Source: Candidatus Aphodoplasma sp. | GTDB taxonomy: Bacteria > Bacillota > Clostridia > UBA1381 > UMGS1253 | Assembly (NCBI GenBank): GCA_045541115.1 | Contig: JAZQIM010000011.1 | Coordinates: forward strand, 83,310-147,309 | Length of the DNA stretch: 64,000 nucleotides | Direction of reading: 5' to 3' | Shown: positions 1 to 10,700 of the stretch, one piece after another | Numbering within the stretch: the first letter of the stretch is position 1 | Layout: each line of letters begins with the position of its first letter | Position numbers and translations under genes: made by a program | Notes under the pieces: model-generated | Told to the model about the DNA's origin: nothing | Database searches by the model: none | The model's input: the letters and a program-made list of their open reading frames with translations, nothing else

Positions 1-282
1 AACGGACGAAGCGATATTTGATAGATACGAAACACCGCCCACTGCATCGAGCTTGCTCTGATGCGTAAGCGCATCGGAAACAGTTACAATGTCTATCGCT
101 CTGTTCGTATTAAACAAGTCAAGCATAACTGCAAAAATTGCTCTGTTGTGCTCAAAATAGAAATCCTGCTCGCCTATAAGCTCACTTACAGCTGCCATAC
201 AATTATGGTCGATAAGTATGCCTCCAAGCACGGATTGTTCAGCCTCCACGCTGTATGGCATAGTTCTTCCTGCCAAATCCAT
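1..282 (-). CDS. dnaB: Replicative DNA helicase DnaB, N-terminal part (runs off window start)
   Basis: Minus-strand translation from the ATG at 282 reads MDLAGRTMPYSVEAEQSVLGGILIDHNCMAAVSELI..., the typical DnaB N-terminal EAEQSVLG motif. It lies directly downstream of rplI, as in Firmicutes. It is absent from the ORF track because it is truncated. Confidence 0.8.
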   Translation of the reverse strand, partial: MDLAGRTMPYSVEAEQSVLGGILIDHNCMAAVSELIGEQDFYFEHNRAIFAVMLDLFNTNRAIDIVTVSDALTHQSKLDAVGGVSYLSNIASSV

Positions 283-308
283 CTTTCTACTCTCCTTACA
301 AAAGCGTA

Positions 309-755
309 TTACTCCTCTGTGACAACGACCTTAAGCTTTGCCGAAATTTCAGGGTATACGCGTACATCAACCTCTGTTGTACCAATATTTTTAATGCCGT
401 CCGGCATGTTAAACTTCTTCTTGTCAACATCTATATGATGCTGCATTTTAAGCGCTTGCGAAACATCCTTGCTGGTTATTGAACCAAACAATTTTCCGCC
501 TGCACCGGCTTTTGCCTTAAGCGATACGCTGAGCTTCTCAAGCTCTTCTTTAAGCTCTAATGCCTGCTTTCTTTCCTGCTCCTTATGATATGCCTGTGCC
601 TCTTTCTGTCCTTTCACAGAATTAAGATTCATGCTATTTGCTTCTATCGCAAGTCCGCGCGGAAACAAAAAGTTGCGCGCATAACCGTCAGACACCTCTT
701 TAACATCGCCTTTTTTACCTTTTCCTTTTACATCTGCCTGTAAAATTACCTTCAT
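309..755 (-). CDS. rplI: 50S ribosomal protein L9
   Basis: 148 aa starting [36 protein letters not shown], the canonical L9 N-terminus. It sits between gdpP and dnaB. Confidence 0.95.
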   Translation of the reverse strand: MKVILQADVKGKGKKGDVKEVSDGYARNFLFPRGLAIEANSMNLNSVKGQKEAQAYHKEQERKQALELKEELEKLSVSLKAKAGAGGKLFGSITSKDVSQALKMQHHIDVDKKKFNMPDGIKNIGTTEVDVRVYPEISAKLKVVVTEE

Positions 756-796
756 AATGACTCATTCTCCCTTCCACATTATGCAGTATATTTAAA

Positions 797-2806
797 CTAC
801 TCCTGTTCAGCTATATACTCATCGATTGCCGACAATAGCTGCTCTTTTGCTTCTTCAATAGAAATTTCGCGAAGCTGTGCTCCTGCAACGGTCAGGTGAC
901 CGCCGCCACCAAGTTTTTCAAGTATAAGCTGGACATTTAGCGCACCCCATGAGCGTCCGCTTATAATGATTTCGTCGCCAATCGGTGCAATAACAAACGA
1001 AGCCTCAACACCTTCTATTCCGAGAAGCTCATCGGCTGCCTGTGCGACTACAACGAGCGTGTCACTTACTTCGCTCTCACTTACCGATATTGCTATACTT
1101 TCGCGCACAAACTCAGCACATCCTACAATTTTTGCCTTGCTGCTGTAATGCACAAGATCACTTTGGAACATCTTCTTGACATCTACCGTGTCTACGCCGT
1201 ATTTCTTCAAAAACGATGCCGCATCAAATGTTCGTACGCCCGTTTTGAATGTAAAATTCTTTGTATCCATAAATATTCCCGCATACATCGCTTCTGCCTC
1301 AAGCTTTGTCAGCATTACCTTATTATCCATATACTGCAAAAGCTCTGTAACCATTTCACTTGTCGAAGAAGCATATGGCTCATGGTATACGAGCGAACAA
1401 TTTTCAACAAACTCCGTGCTTCGTCTGTGATGGTCGATAAGAACTATCTGCCCTGCTTTTTTAAGAAGCTCGGGATTTTCTGTAAGCGAGGGGCGATGTG
1501 TGTCGACAACAATCAATACCGTATCATCACCTACAACCGTTTCAGCCTCTTCGGGCGTTATAAACAAATTAGCATTTTCTTCGCTTTCAGACTGTATAAT
1601 AGAAATAATTTTCTTTGCAGTTTCTCCGCATTCACCACATACAATATTAACGCTCTTGTCGCGATTTTTTACGCTTCGTGCAAGACCAATTGCCGCTCCG
1701 AGTGAATCCATATCGGGCGATTTATGTCCCATAATTACAACATTTTTTTCATTCATAACGAGCTGGCGAAGAGCATAAGCAACGACTCTCGATTTAACAC
1801 GCGTGCTCTTTTCATGCTCTCTCGTCTTTCCGCCGTAAAACCGAAACTGCCCTTCATCTTTTATAACAACCTGGTCCCCGCCACGGCCAAGCGCCATATC
1901 AAGAGCCATTCTTGAATACTCTTCATTCGTTACTATGTCATCACCGCCGCAGCCTATGCCTATACTGATTGTTGCAGGCAGTTTATTGCTTATGCTTATC
2001 TCGCGCACACGGTCAAGTATTTCAAACTTTTCTTCTATGAATTTATCTAAATATTTATGCTCAAACATAAATACATATTTGTCACGCTCGAGCTTTTTTA
2101 ACACGCCGCGCACATCGCCTATCCACTCATTTATATAGCGTGCTATAAGCGAGCTCATCTGCGGCTTTAACGACTCATCTGTGCTGTTCATTACGTCGTC
2201 ATAGTTGTCAATCATAATGACACATACGTCCGTTTTTTCTTCAAGATACTTTTGTCTGATTGTAACAAGCTCTGTTTTGTCAAGCCAGTAAAGCAAAATG
2301 AGATACTCATTATCATGCTTCGGGTCAGGCTTTATAATATTTCCCATAACGCTGTAACGATGGTTGCGGTACACTACATCAAGCGATATTCCCTCCTGCA
2401 TGCGAAGCACATCATTCCAATTAAGATCCTCAATTATTTCCGTCACATTTCTGTCAAAAAGCGACTCGCCGTCTATAATTTTTGCAAAACTCTGATTATA
2501 CCACGATACGCGTCCGTCAAGATGTGTAATAAGCATAGGGAAAGGTATGTTCACCAATGAATCTCTCGTCGCAGTATCCATATGACTGTTTAGAGTCTGC
2601 ACATATTCTCTTATATCCATGTCACGACGCTTATGCTCTAAAATGCTTAGTGTAAATAACACTAAAAACAACACAATCTCAACAATTCCGAGCCACAAAG
2701 GACCTGTTATGAATGTGAGTAGTGCGCATACGAGCACAGACCACTGCGCTACACTTAGTGCACGGTATAAATTTATTAAATACCATTTATTTTTCTTCAT
2801 CTTCAT
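797..2806 (-). CDS. gdpP: Cyclic-di-AMP phosphodiesterase GdpP (2 TM + PAS-like + degenerate GGDEF + DHH/DHHA1)
   Basis: 669 aa with two N-terminal TM helices. DHH motifs are present (VIMGHKSPDMDSLGAA, VVDTHRP, DHH in LIDHHRRS) plus a GGGH near the C-terminus. The yybS-gdpP-rplI-dnaB order is conserved. Confidence 0.9.
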   Translation of the reverse strand: MKMKKNKWYLINLYRALSVAQWSVLVCALLTFITGPLWLGIVEIVLFLVLFTLSILEHKRRDMDIREYVQTLNSHMDTATRDSLVNIPFPMLITHLDGRVSWYNQSFAKIIDGESLFDRNVTEIIEDLNWNDVLRMQEGISLDVVYRNHRYSVMGNIIKPDPKHDNEYLILLYWLDKTELVTIRQKYLEEKTDVCVIMIDNYDDVMNSTDESLKPQMSSLIARYINEWIGDVRGVLKKLERDKYVFMFEHKYLDKFIEEKFEILDRVREISISNKLPATISIGIGCGGDDIVTNEEYSRMALDMALGRGGDQVVIKDEGQFRFYGGKTREHEKSTRVKSRVVAYALRQLVMNEKNVVIMGHKSPDMDSLGAAIGLARSVKNRDKSVNIVCGECGETAKKIISIIQSESEENANLFITPEEAETVVGDDTVLIVVDTHRPSLTENPELLKKAGQIVLIDHHRRSTEFVENCSLVYHEPYASSTSEMVTELLQYMDNKVMLTKLEAEAMYAGIFMDTKNFTFKTGVRTFDAASFLKKYGVDTVDVKKMFQSDLVHYSSKAKIVGCAEFVRESIAISVSESEVSDTLVVVAQAADELLGIEGVEASFVIAPIGDEIIISGRSWGALNVQLILEKLGGGGHLTVAGAQLREISIEEAKEQLLSAIDEYIAEQE

Positions 2807-2850
2807 CGCAAAATATTTTCCTTTCTATTTCCAGATGAACTTCCACACTA

Positions 2851-3747
2851 TTATTCATCTTTGGATATCGCGCGAATATTTATAAATGCATCAAGAACTC
2901 CTATAAAAAGATAAATGCTTGATGCGGCAAAAACTGTTGCAAACAACAGTATGTAAACAAAAATTCTCGCAGTAACATTTTTGACCTTTTTTGCAAAAAA
3001 TACTGCTACAGATAAGCCGCATACAAGTGTGTATGACATAAGTATTACCACAATATTTACAAGCGCTGTTTTCAGTGCGCCGTCTGTAAACATGCTAAGT
3101 ATAAAAAACAGCGTAAAAGCTGTCATACATGTCTTGTCGGCTCTTATCTGGCAAAAGCCTCTGTATAAACTCTTATACGATGCATCTGCCTTTTTTAATA
3201 CCCGTATGCATATGTAAAACGCTATATATGAACACGCCGCCGCCATACATATAAATATCGACGGCAAAAGCGATGTAAACATACCGTATGCCATGCTTGC
3301 ATATTCGCCGGGAAGTGTGTATATCTCACTTGTTGCATCTATCGCCTCTGAAACGACAACCAAAAGCTGCTCTACTCCGCCCGACATGGCAAAACTTATC
3401 GCAAGCGACACTAATAGACCTACCGCTCCAAACGATACTGTATACAAAAGTCCCTTCCTTCTCTTCATCGCATAGGAAAGCATTATCGCCATCGGCATTG
3501 TGCCTAAAAGTGCCGAAAAATTTAATCCGAGCGAAAACAATGACGGCACCATAACCGTGATTATTACCGGCAGAATTGTGTGTCTTAAATGAAAACGTAT
3601 AAATATGTACGAAAGACACGCAGGCGCCAATATAAACATCGCTATTGCCAAAAAGCCGGGCACGCTCATAAGTGCACAAAGCATAATCAAAACTATATTA
3701 CATACTACATACTCTTTTTTTGTCGGCTTATTTTCAGTATTTTCCAA
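2851..3747 (-). CDS. YybS-like polytopic membrane protein (DUF2232 type)
   Basis: 298 aa, highly hydrophobic, multi-TM. It lies immediately upstream of gdpP, as yybS does in Bacillus. Confidence 0.55.
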   Translation of the reverse strand: MENTENKPTKKEYVVCNIVLIMLCALMSVPGFLAIAMFILAPACLSYIFIRFHLRHTILPVIITVMVPSLFSLGLNFSALLGTMPMAIMLSYAMKRRKGLLYTVSFGAVGLLVSLAISFAMSGGVEQLLVVVSEAIDATSEIYTLPGEYASMAYGMFTSLLPSIFICMAAACSYIAFYICIRVLKKADASYKSLYRGFCQIRADKTCMTAFTLFFILSMFTDGALKTALVNIVVILMSYTLVCGLSVAVFFAKKVKNVTARIFVYILLFATVFAASSIYLFIGVLDAFINIRAISKDE

Positions 3748-3994
3748 CGCCTGCCACCTCGTAAAATCAAGTCTTTTTTACTGCTCCTTATTATAAACGA
3801 CAATAAAGGTAATATATACTATATCACAAATAATACCCATATGTCAAACACAAATACTTTTTCGCATCAATCGGCCGCGCATATAAAAATTGTTTGTTTG
3901 TTTTTTTGTAAATGACGAAATATTTTTGCACACATCAAAATATATATATCTATATAAAAATATTACAAGAAACGCGTGAAACGGATGTGCTGCA

Positions 3995-5527
3995 TTGAAA
4001 AAAAGACTTTTTATTAAAAATGCCGTCATACTTACAACAACGGCAATTATACTTCGTACTATCGGTATATTTTTCAGAATCTACATATCAAACGCCATAG
4101 GAAGCGAAGGTATGGGGCTTCATCAGCTTATATTTTCCATATACATCTTTGCAAGCGCTATCGCCTCATCGGGCATAAGCATCGCTGTAACGCGACTTGT
4201 TTCAGAAAAAATTGATTCCGGCGGTAAATTGGCGGTAAACAAAATTCTTTCACGAGCGCTTTGTGTAAGTATATTTTTAGGCTTTCTTTCGTGTGCGCTC
4301 ATGTACTTTAGTGCAGACTTTGTATCTGCTAATTGGCTGGGCGATATGCGCGCGTGTCTGTCTTTAAAAATCTTATCCTTAGGTCTTCCCTTTATGGCCG
4401 TATCGTCTTGTCTTAAAGGATACTTTATCGCGCGAAGAAAAACGTCTACTCCTTCAAACTCACAGCTCTTTGAACAGCTTGTGCGTATTGTAACCTGTAT
4501 GCTCTTGTTAAAATATACAGGCACTAAAAATCTTGCTTATGCATGTGCAGCAGTTGTTTGCGGCAACGCTGTGTCAGAGCTCGCCGCATTTTTATACATA
4601 TATATAGGATACCTTCGTGACAAGCGCACACTCTCGAAAGGCACAAATGAGCCAACACATGTTCTTCGCTCATTGTCTTCTATATTTGTGCCTGTTGCAC
4701 TCGGCTCATATTTAAACACTATTCTTCACAGCACAGAAAATATATTAGTGCCGGATGCTCTTACGCGCTACACTTTTTCGCGCTCACTTTCACTTTCGCA
4801 GTTTGGCACGCTTAAAGGCATGGCTCTGCCCCTATTGTTTTTTCCGTCATCATTTCTTGGTGCGCTGAGCACCCTTTTAATTCCGGAAATAAGCCTATAC
4901 GCGCAGAATCGTCAGAACAAATCACTTAAAAACACAATAGAATATACACTTTTAATAACATCTGTTAGCTCTGTTCTCATCGGCATAATTTTTTTGGCAT
5001 ATTCGGGAGAAATAGGCCGTTTGATATATAAAAATGACGAGGTTGGCGCTTATATGAAAATACTTGCTCCCATCGTCCCATTTATGTATATAGAAAGCAT
5101 TATTGCCGGAATATTAAATGCGCTAAATCAGCAAAATACCCTCTTACGCTATAACGTATATAACTCGGCGATACGCATAACTCTGATTACCTTTTTTGTA
5201 CCAAAGTTTGGCGTATACTTTTTTATTGCTATTATGCTTGCAAGCAACATTTTCACATCTTCACTGAGCATTTTCAGGCTCGTAAAAGTAACAAATATCA
5301 CCTTTAACATAAAAGCCTTTATCATAAAGCCACTTGTATCAGCACTTATGTCTTTTCTCATATTATATGCGCTCAAAGCACTGCTTCATAATATATTTAA
5401 TAACAGTATTTTAGAGCTTATAGCAGGCATTTTTGTTATATGCATCACATATACATCTTTTATCCTTATGACAAATTGTGTAACCGAAAATGATGTGCGC
5501 CGCCTTTTGGGGCGAAAGCGGGGGTAG
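3995..5527 (+). CDS. spoVB: Stage V sporulation protein B / MurJ-MviN family polysaccharide (lipid II) flippase
   Basis: 510 aa, approx. 14 TM, N-terminus MKKRLFIKNAVILTTTAIILRTIG typical of the MOP/SpoVB family. TTG start. Followed by spmA/spmB. Confidence 0.7.
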   Translation: MKKRLFIKNAVILTTTAIILRTIGIFFRIYISNAIGSEGMGLHQLIFSIYIFASAIASSGISIAVTRLVSEKIDSGGKLAVNKILSRALCVSIFLGFLSCALMYFSADFVSANWLGDMRACLSLKILSLGLPFMAVSSCLKGYFIARRKTSTPSNSQLFEQLVRIVTCMLLLKYTGTKNLAYACAAVVCGNAVSELAAFLYIYIGYLRDKRTLSKGTNEPTHVLRSLSSIFVPVALGSYLNTILHSTENILVPDALTRYTFSRSLSLSQFGTLKGMALPLLFFPSSFLGALSTLLIPEISLYAQNRQNKSLKNTIEYTLLITSVSSVLIGIIFLAYSGEIGRLIYKNDEVGAYMKILAPIVPFMYIESIIAGILNALNQQNTLLRYNVYNSAIRITLITFFVPKFGVYFFIAIMLASNIFTSSLSIFRLVKVTNITFNIKAFIIKPLVSALMSFLILYALKALLHNIFNNSILELIAGIFVICITYTSFILMTNCVTENDVRRLLGRKRG

Positions 5528-5534
5528 ATTTTAA

Positions 5535-6119
5535 ATGCTTAACTTTATATGGTCATTTATGATTCTTTTTTCAATTATATTCTCAGCAATAAACGGTCAA
5601 ATGGACACAGTTGCTCTTCGCGCTCTCGATGCATCAAAAGATGCAATAACAACTATAATATCTCTTACGGGCGCGGTGTGCTTTTGGAGCGGCATACTAA
5701 AAATTGCCGAAAACGGAGGGCTTATTCATCTTTTATCAAAGACATTACGTCCAATAATACGTCTTTTGTTTCCGGACATAAACCCAAACAGCGACGCTGC
5801 AGGCGCAATTATTTCAAATATGAGCGCAAACATGCTTGGCATGGGTAACGCCGCGACACCGCTCGGCATAAAGGCTATGCAAGAGCTCGATAATATAAAT
5901 CATCACAGCCCTGCCGCATCAGATGCTATGTGTCGGCTCGTTGTAATAAACACAGCCTCTATACAGCTTATTCCTACAACAATGATAGCAATTTTAAGCG
6001 GGGCCGGCGGCCAAAATCCGTTTGACATTATTTTGCCTACATTATTATGCTCCTTTCCTGCTCTTGTTTTCGGTATTCTGTTATGCCGTGCCTTTGAAGG
6101 CAAGAAGGACCGACTATGA
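5535..6119 (+). CDS. spmA: Spore maturation protein A (nucleoside-recognition domain membrane protein)
   Basis: 194 aa, MLNFIWSFMILFSIIFSAINGQMD...NMLGMGNAATPLGIKAM, the SpmA/Gate-domain signature. Overlaps the next gene by 4 nt. Confidence 0.8.
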   Translation: MLNFIWSFMILFSIIFSAINGQMDTVALRALDASKDAITTIISLTGAVCFWSGILKIAENGGLIHLLSKTLRPIIRLLFPDINPNSDAAGAIISNMSANMLGMGNAATPLGIKAMQELDNINHHSPAASDAMCRLVVINTASIQLIPTTMIAILSGAGGQNPFDIILPTLLCSFPALVFGILLCRAFEGKKDRL

Positions 6120-6649
6120 AAAATATAGCATTGCTTTGTTCCTTTATCGTGCCGTTTATAATATTTTCTATAATCGCTTTCGGACTTATCAGGCGTGTAA
6201 ATGTCTTTGACAGTTTTTGCACAGGCGCAAAAGACGGTCTTAAAACCTCTTTATCTATAACTGCGCCTATAATAGCTCTTATGTGCGCAATCGCGATGCT
6301 TCGTGCATCGGGCGCTCTCGACGCTCTTATCTGTCTGATTCGTCCTTTTACAAATCTGATAGGTCTTAATGAAAATCTTATTCCATTATCGATACTTCGT
6401 CCCATTTCAGGCGGAGGCTCAATAGGACTTGTGAGCGATATAGTATCACGTTTCGGCGCAGACAGTTCTATTGCAAAAACTGCCTGCGTAATGGCAGGCT
6501 CAACTGAAACAACTTTCTACACACTCGCTGTGTATTTTGGCAGTGTCGGCATAAAAAAGACGCGCCACAGCGTTGTCTGCGCACTTTTATGCGACATCGC
6601 CGTATTAGTAAACAGCATCATAATCTGCCGCATCTTTTTTGGCAGTTAA
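6116..6649 (+). CDS. spmB: Spore maturation protein B
   Basis: 177 aa membrane protein, translationally coupled to spmA (ATGA overlap), carrying the RPISGGGSIG motif typical of SpmB. Confidence 0.8.
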   Translation: MKNIALLCSFIVPFIIFSIIAFGLIRRVNVFDSFCTGAKDGLKTSLSITAPIIALMCAIAMLRASGALDALICLIRPFTNLIGLNENLIPLSILRPISGGGSIGLVSDIVSRFGADSSIAKTACVMAGSTETTFYTLAVYFGSVGIKKTRHSVVCALLCDIAVLVNSIIICRIFFGS

Positions 6650-6682
6650 ATTTTATATAACAAAATTTTAGGAGGAGAAAAA

Positions 6683-7549
6683 ATGATTTACACCTATGCA
6701 GATGTCTTAGACGACATTTCAAAATTCTTTGGTGACTATCCGTTTATGAAATTTTTTAAATTTGGTCAAAGCGTGATGGGGCGGCCACTGTATGCAATAA
6801 AAATAGGCACAGGTCCTAAAAAGGTTATATACGTCAGCGCCCATCATTCTCTTGAGTGGCTCACGAGTGCCATGATTATGTCGTTTGTAAAAATATATGG
6901 CGACGCAATAAAAAATGATACCGAGCTTTGCGGTTATAACGCACGCGCACTCAGTGAGCAAACGACAATGTACATAATACCTATGCTTAATCCCGATGGA
7001 GTCGACCTTGTTGCAGGCAAAATCCCCGACGATAATCCTTATGTAATGAAGCTTCGCCAGATGCTTGGCGACATAAATTTTGCAAATACATGGCAGGCAA
7101 ACATAAACGGTGTCGACTTAAATCACAATTACGATGCAAGCTTTTCGCCTATATTGCCTGGTCCCGCGCCATCGCGCTACGGCGGCGAGACCTTCGAAAG
7201 CGAGCCAGAAAGCCGTGCGCTTGCCGAATTAACAAGAAAGATAATGCCTGACCTCGTGATAGCATATCATTCACAGGGCCGTGAAATATATTACGATTTT
7301 GAAGGTGCGGTTCCGCCCAATGCAAACGATCTTGCACAGGAATTTTCTCGTCTTTCCGGCTATAGATTGGCTACTCCGAGCGGCAGCGCCGCATTTGGCG
7401 GGTATAAAGACTGGTTCATAAAGGAATTTAACAAGCCCGGCTTTACAATTGAAATCGGTCTTGGTAAAAATCCGATAGGCTATGACCAGCTTGAGCAGGT
7501 TGTTAAAGAAAATGTTTGTGTTATGATTTATGCAGCCGCAAACGCGTAA
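6683..7549 (+). CDS. M14-family zinc carboxypeptidase (gamma-D-glutamyl-meso-diaminopimelate peptidase-like)
   Basis: 288 aa with an HxxE zinc motif (SAHHSLEWLT), NPDGVDL, and a downstream H in AYHSQG. RBS AGGAGGAG lies upstream. Confidence 0.7.
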   Translation: MIYTYADVLDDISKFFGDYPFMKFFKFGQSVMGRPLYAIKIGTGPKKVIYVSAHHSLEWLTSAMIMSFVKIYGDAIKNDTELCGYNARALSEQTTMYIIPMLNPDGVDLVAGKIPDDNPYVMKLRQMLGDINFANTWQANINGVDLNHNYDASFSPILPGPAPSRYGGETFESEPESRALAELTRKIMPDLVIAYHSQGREIYYDFEGAVPPNANDLAQEFSRLSGYRLATPSGSAAFGGYKDWFIKEFNKPGFTIEIGLGKNPIGYDQLEQVVKENVCVMIYAAANA

Positions 7550-7560
7550 ATATATTAAAA

Positions 7561-7588
7561 ACGCGGATAAGATATCCGCGTTTTTTTG
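7561..7588 (+). terminator. Intrinsic terminator after the M14 peptidase gene
   Basis: ACGCGGATA-aga-TATCCGCGT perfect 9-bp stem followed by TTTTTTT. Confidence 0.85.
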
Positions 7589-7681
7589 ATGTAGTTTTTG
7601 TCTAATTTTCACACATACCCCGCCTTTTAATTGTATTTTCCTAAAATAATATCCAAAGCTTAAAAAGCCACTTCATTTTGC

Positions 7682-7710
7682 TTGACAGTATATATTTTTA
7701 TTGGTATAAT
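7682..7710 (+). promoter_or_regulatory. Sigma-A type promoter of nifJ
   Basis: TTGACA (7682-7687), 17-nt spacer, TATAAT (7705-7710), approx. 60 nt upstream of the RBS GAGGAGG. Confidence 0.7.
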
Positions 7711-7773
7711 ATTGGGTGGTAAAATATTATTAAACTTTTATTTTAAATTTTATACAATAGAGGAGGATTTTCC

Positions 7774-10700
7774 ATGGCAAGAAAGATGAAAACTATGGAC
7801 GGCAACAACGCCGCCGCTTGGGCATCATACGCTTTTACTGATGTAGCAGCGATATACCCAATCACACCTTCATCGGTAATGGCTGAAGTAACTGATGAAT
7901 GGGCAGTTGAAAACAGGGAAAACATTTTCGGTCAACCTGTAAAAGTTGTTGAAATGCAGTCAGAGGCAGGTGCAGCAGGTGCTGTTCACGGCTCACTCGC
8001 AGCAGGTGCTCTTACTACTACCTACACAGCTTCACAGGGTCTTTTATTGATGATTCCTAACATGTACAAAATGGCAGGCGAGCTTTTGCCGTCAGTTATT
8101 CACGTAAGTGCACGTTGCGTAGCTTCACATGCACTTAATATTTTCGGTGACCATTCAGACGTTATGGCTTGCCGTCAGACAGGATATGCGCTTCTTTGCT
8201 CAAACAGTCCGCAGGAAGTTATGGACCTTGGTGCAATAGCTCACTTATCCACAATTAAAGGACGTATTCCGTTCCTTCATTTCTTTGATGGTTTCAGAAC
8301 TTCACACGAAATTGATAAGATTGAAGTATGGGATTATGAAGACCTTAAAGAAATGGTTGATATGGATGCTGTTAAGGCATTCCGTAATGGTTCGCTTAAT
8401 CCGGAGCATCCTGTGCTTCGCGGTAGCGCACAAAACCCCGACATATTCTTCCAGAACAGAGAGGCATGTAACAAATATTACGAAAACATTCCTGCTGTCG
8501 TAGAAGAATATATGGACAAGGTTAACGCTAAAATCGGCACAAATTATCACCTTGTTGATTACTACGGTGCTCCTGATGCAACAAAGGTTATCGTTGCAAT
8601 GGGCAGCATTTGCGAAACAATCGAAGAAACAATCGACTACTTAAACGCTAAGGGCGAAAAAGTAGGTCTTATAAAGATTCGTCTATACAGACCGTTCCCG
8701 GTTGATGCATTCTTGAAGGCTGTTCCTGCAACATGTAAGAGCATCGCTGTTTTAGACAGAACAAAAGAGCCGGGTTCAATCGGCGAGCCTCTCTACCTTG
8801 ACGTATGTGCTTGCTATGCAGGCAAAAATGACGCTCCGGTTATCATCGGCGGTCGTTACGGTCTTGGTTCAAAGGACACTGTTCCGGCAGACATTATCGC
8901 AACTTACAAAAATCTCGATGCAAAAGAGCCTATCAAGAGCTTCACTCTCGCTATCGAAGACGATGTTACTAACCTTTCACTTCCAAGAGAAGACAGCGCT
9001 GACACGAGTGCTGAAGGCAACACAGCATGTAAGTTCTGGGGTCTTGGTTCTGACGGTACTGTTGGTGCTAACAAGAACTCAATCAAAATCATAGGTGACC
9101 ACACAGATTTGTATGCACAGGCTTACTTTGCATATGACTCGAAGAAGTCGGGCGGTATTACTGTTTCGCACTTACGTTTCGGTAAAAACCCGATTAAGTC
9201 AACTTACCTTATAAATAAAGCAAACTTCGTAGCATGTCACAACCCGTCATATGTTGATAAGTATGACATGGTAGAAGATCTCGTTCCGGGCGGCAGCTTC
9301 CTTCTTAACTGCGCATGGGACGAAAAAGAGCTTTCAGAAAGACTTCCTGCAAAGATGAAGAAGTATATTGCTGATAACAATATCTCGCTCTACACAATCG
9401 ATGCTATCGGTATCGCAAAAGAGCTTGGTCTTGGAAACAAAACTTCAATCGTTTTACAGTCAGCATTCTTCAAGATCGCAGACGTTATTCCGTTTGCAGA
9501 CGCTGTTGAATACATGAAAGCAGCCGTTGTTAAATCATTCGGTGCAAAGGGTGAAAAGATTGTAAGCATGAACCATGCTGCAATTGTTGAAGGCGAAAAG
9601 AACATTAAGAAAGTTAATGTTCCTGCTGATTGGAAAAATGCTACAGATGCTTGTGCAAAAGCAGCATCTGATGCTCCGGAATATGTACAGAATATCCTTG
9701 AGCCATGTAACAAGCAGCAAGGTGACAAGCTTCCTGTATCTGCATTTATGGATATGGTTGACGGTCATCTTCCGCAGGGTATGGCAGCATATGAGAAGCG
9801 CGGTATCGCAGTTGACGTTCCTGAATGGATTCCGGAAAACTGTATCCAGTGTAATCAGTGCTCACTCGTATGTCCGCACGCTGTTATCCGTCCTGCAGTT
9901 ATGAATGAGCAGGAAGCTGCAAATGCTCCTGAATCAATGAAATCTGTTAAGATGAACGGTAAGGGCATGGAAGGCTACAAGTTCTCAATGGCAATAAGCA
10001 CACTTGACTGTACAGGTTGCGGCAACTGTGCAAAGGTTTGTCCTGCAAAGGAAAAGGCTCTCGTTATGAAGCCGATCGATACACAGCTTGACGCTCAGAA
10101 AGGCTTTGACTACAGCCGCACACTTTCTGTAAAAGAAGATTTGCTCTCACTTCCGCTTAACGTTAAGAATTCACAGTTCCGTCAGCCGCTACTCGAGTTC
10201 TCGGGCGCATGTGCAGGCTGCGGTGAGACACCTTATGCAAAGCTTATCACACAGATTTGCGGCGAGCGTGCATATATCTCGAACGCTACAGGATGTTCAT
10301 CAATCTGGGGTGGCAGCGCTCCTTCAACTCCGTACACAATCAACCACAATGGTCATGGTCCTGCTTGGGCTAACTCACTCTTCGAGGATAACGCTGAGCA
10401 CGGTCTTGGTATGGAAATCGCTGCAAAACAATTACGTGAAAGACTTTCAAATCAAATCGCTGCAATCGATAACGCTGATGTAAAAGCAGCTTACGAAGCT
10501 TGGAAGGCATCATATAATGATGGCGAAGCAAACGCTGCTGATACAGCTAACCTCATCGCTGCACTTGAAAAAGACGGCAGCGCTGATGCAAAGGCAGTTC
10601 TTGACTTTAAAGAATTCCTTGCAAAGAAAGCTGTATGGATTTTCGGTGGTGACGGTTGGGCTTATGATATCGGTTTTGGTGGTCTTGACCACGTTCTCGC

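Noticed and set aside
61-438. 125-aa plus-strand ORF at the window start
   Set aside because: It lies antisense to the clearly recognisable dnaB N-terminus and the rplI 3' end, has no RBS, and its composition is odd.
966-2885. A series of plus-strand ORFs (60-185 aa) inside the gdpP locus
   Set aside because: All lie antisense to a 669-aa ORF with unmistakable DHH/DHHA1 motifs, so they are typical shadow ORFs.
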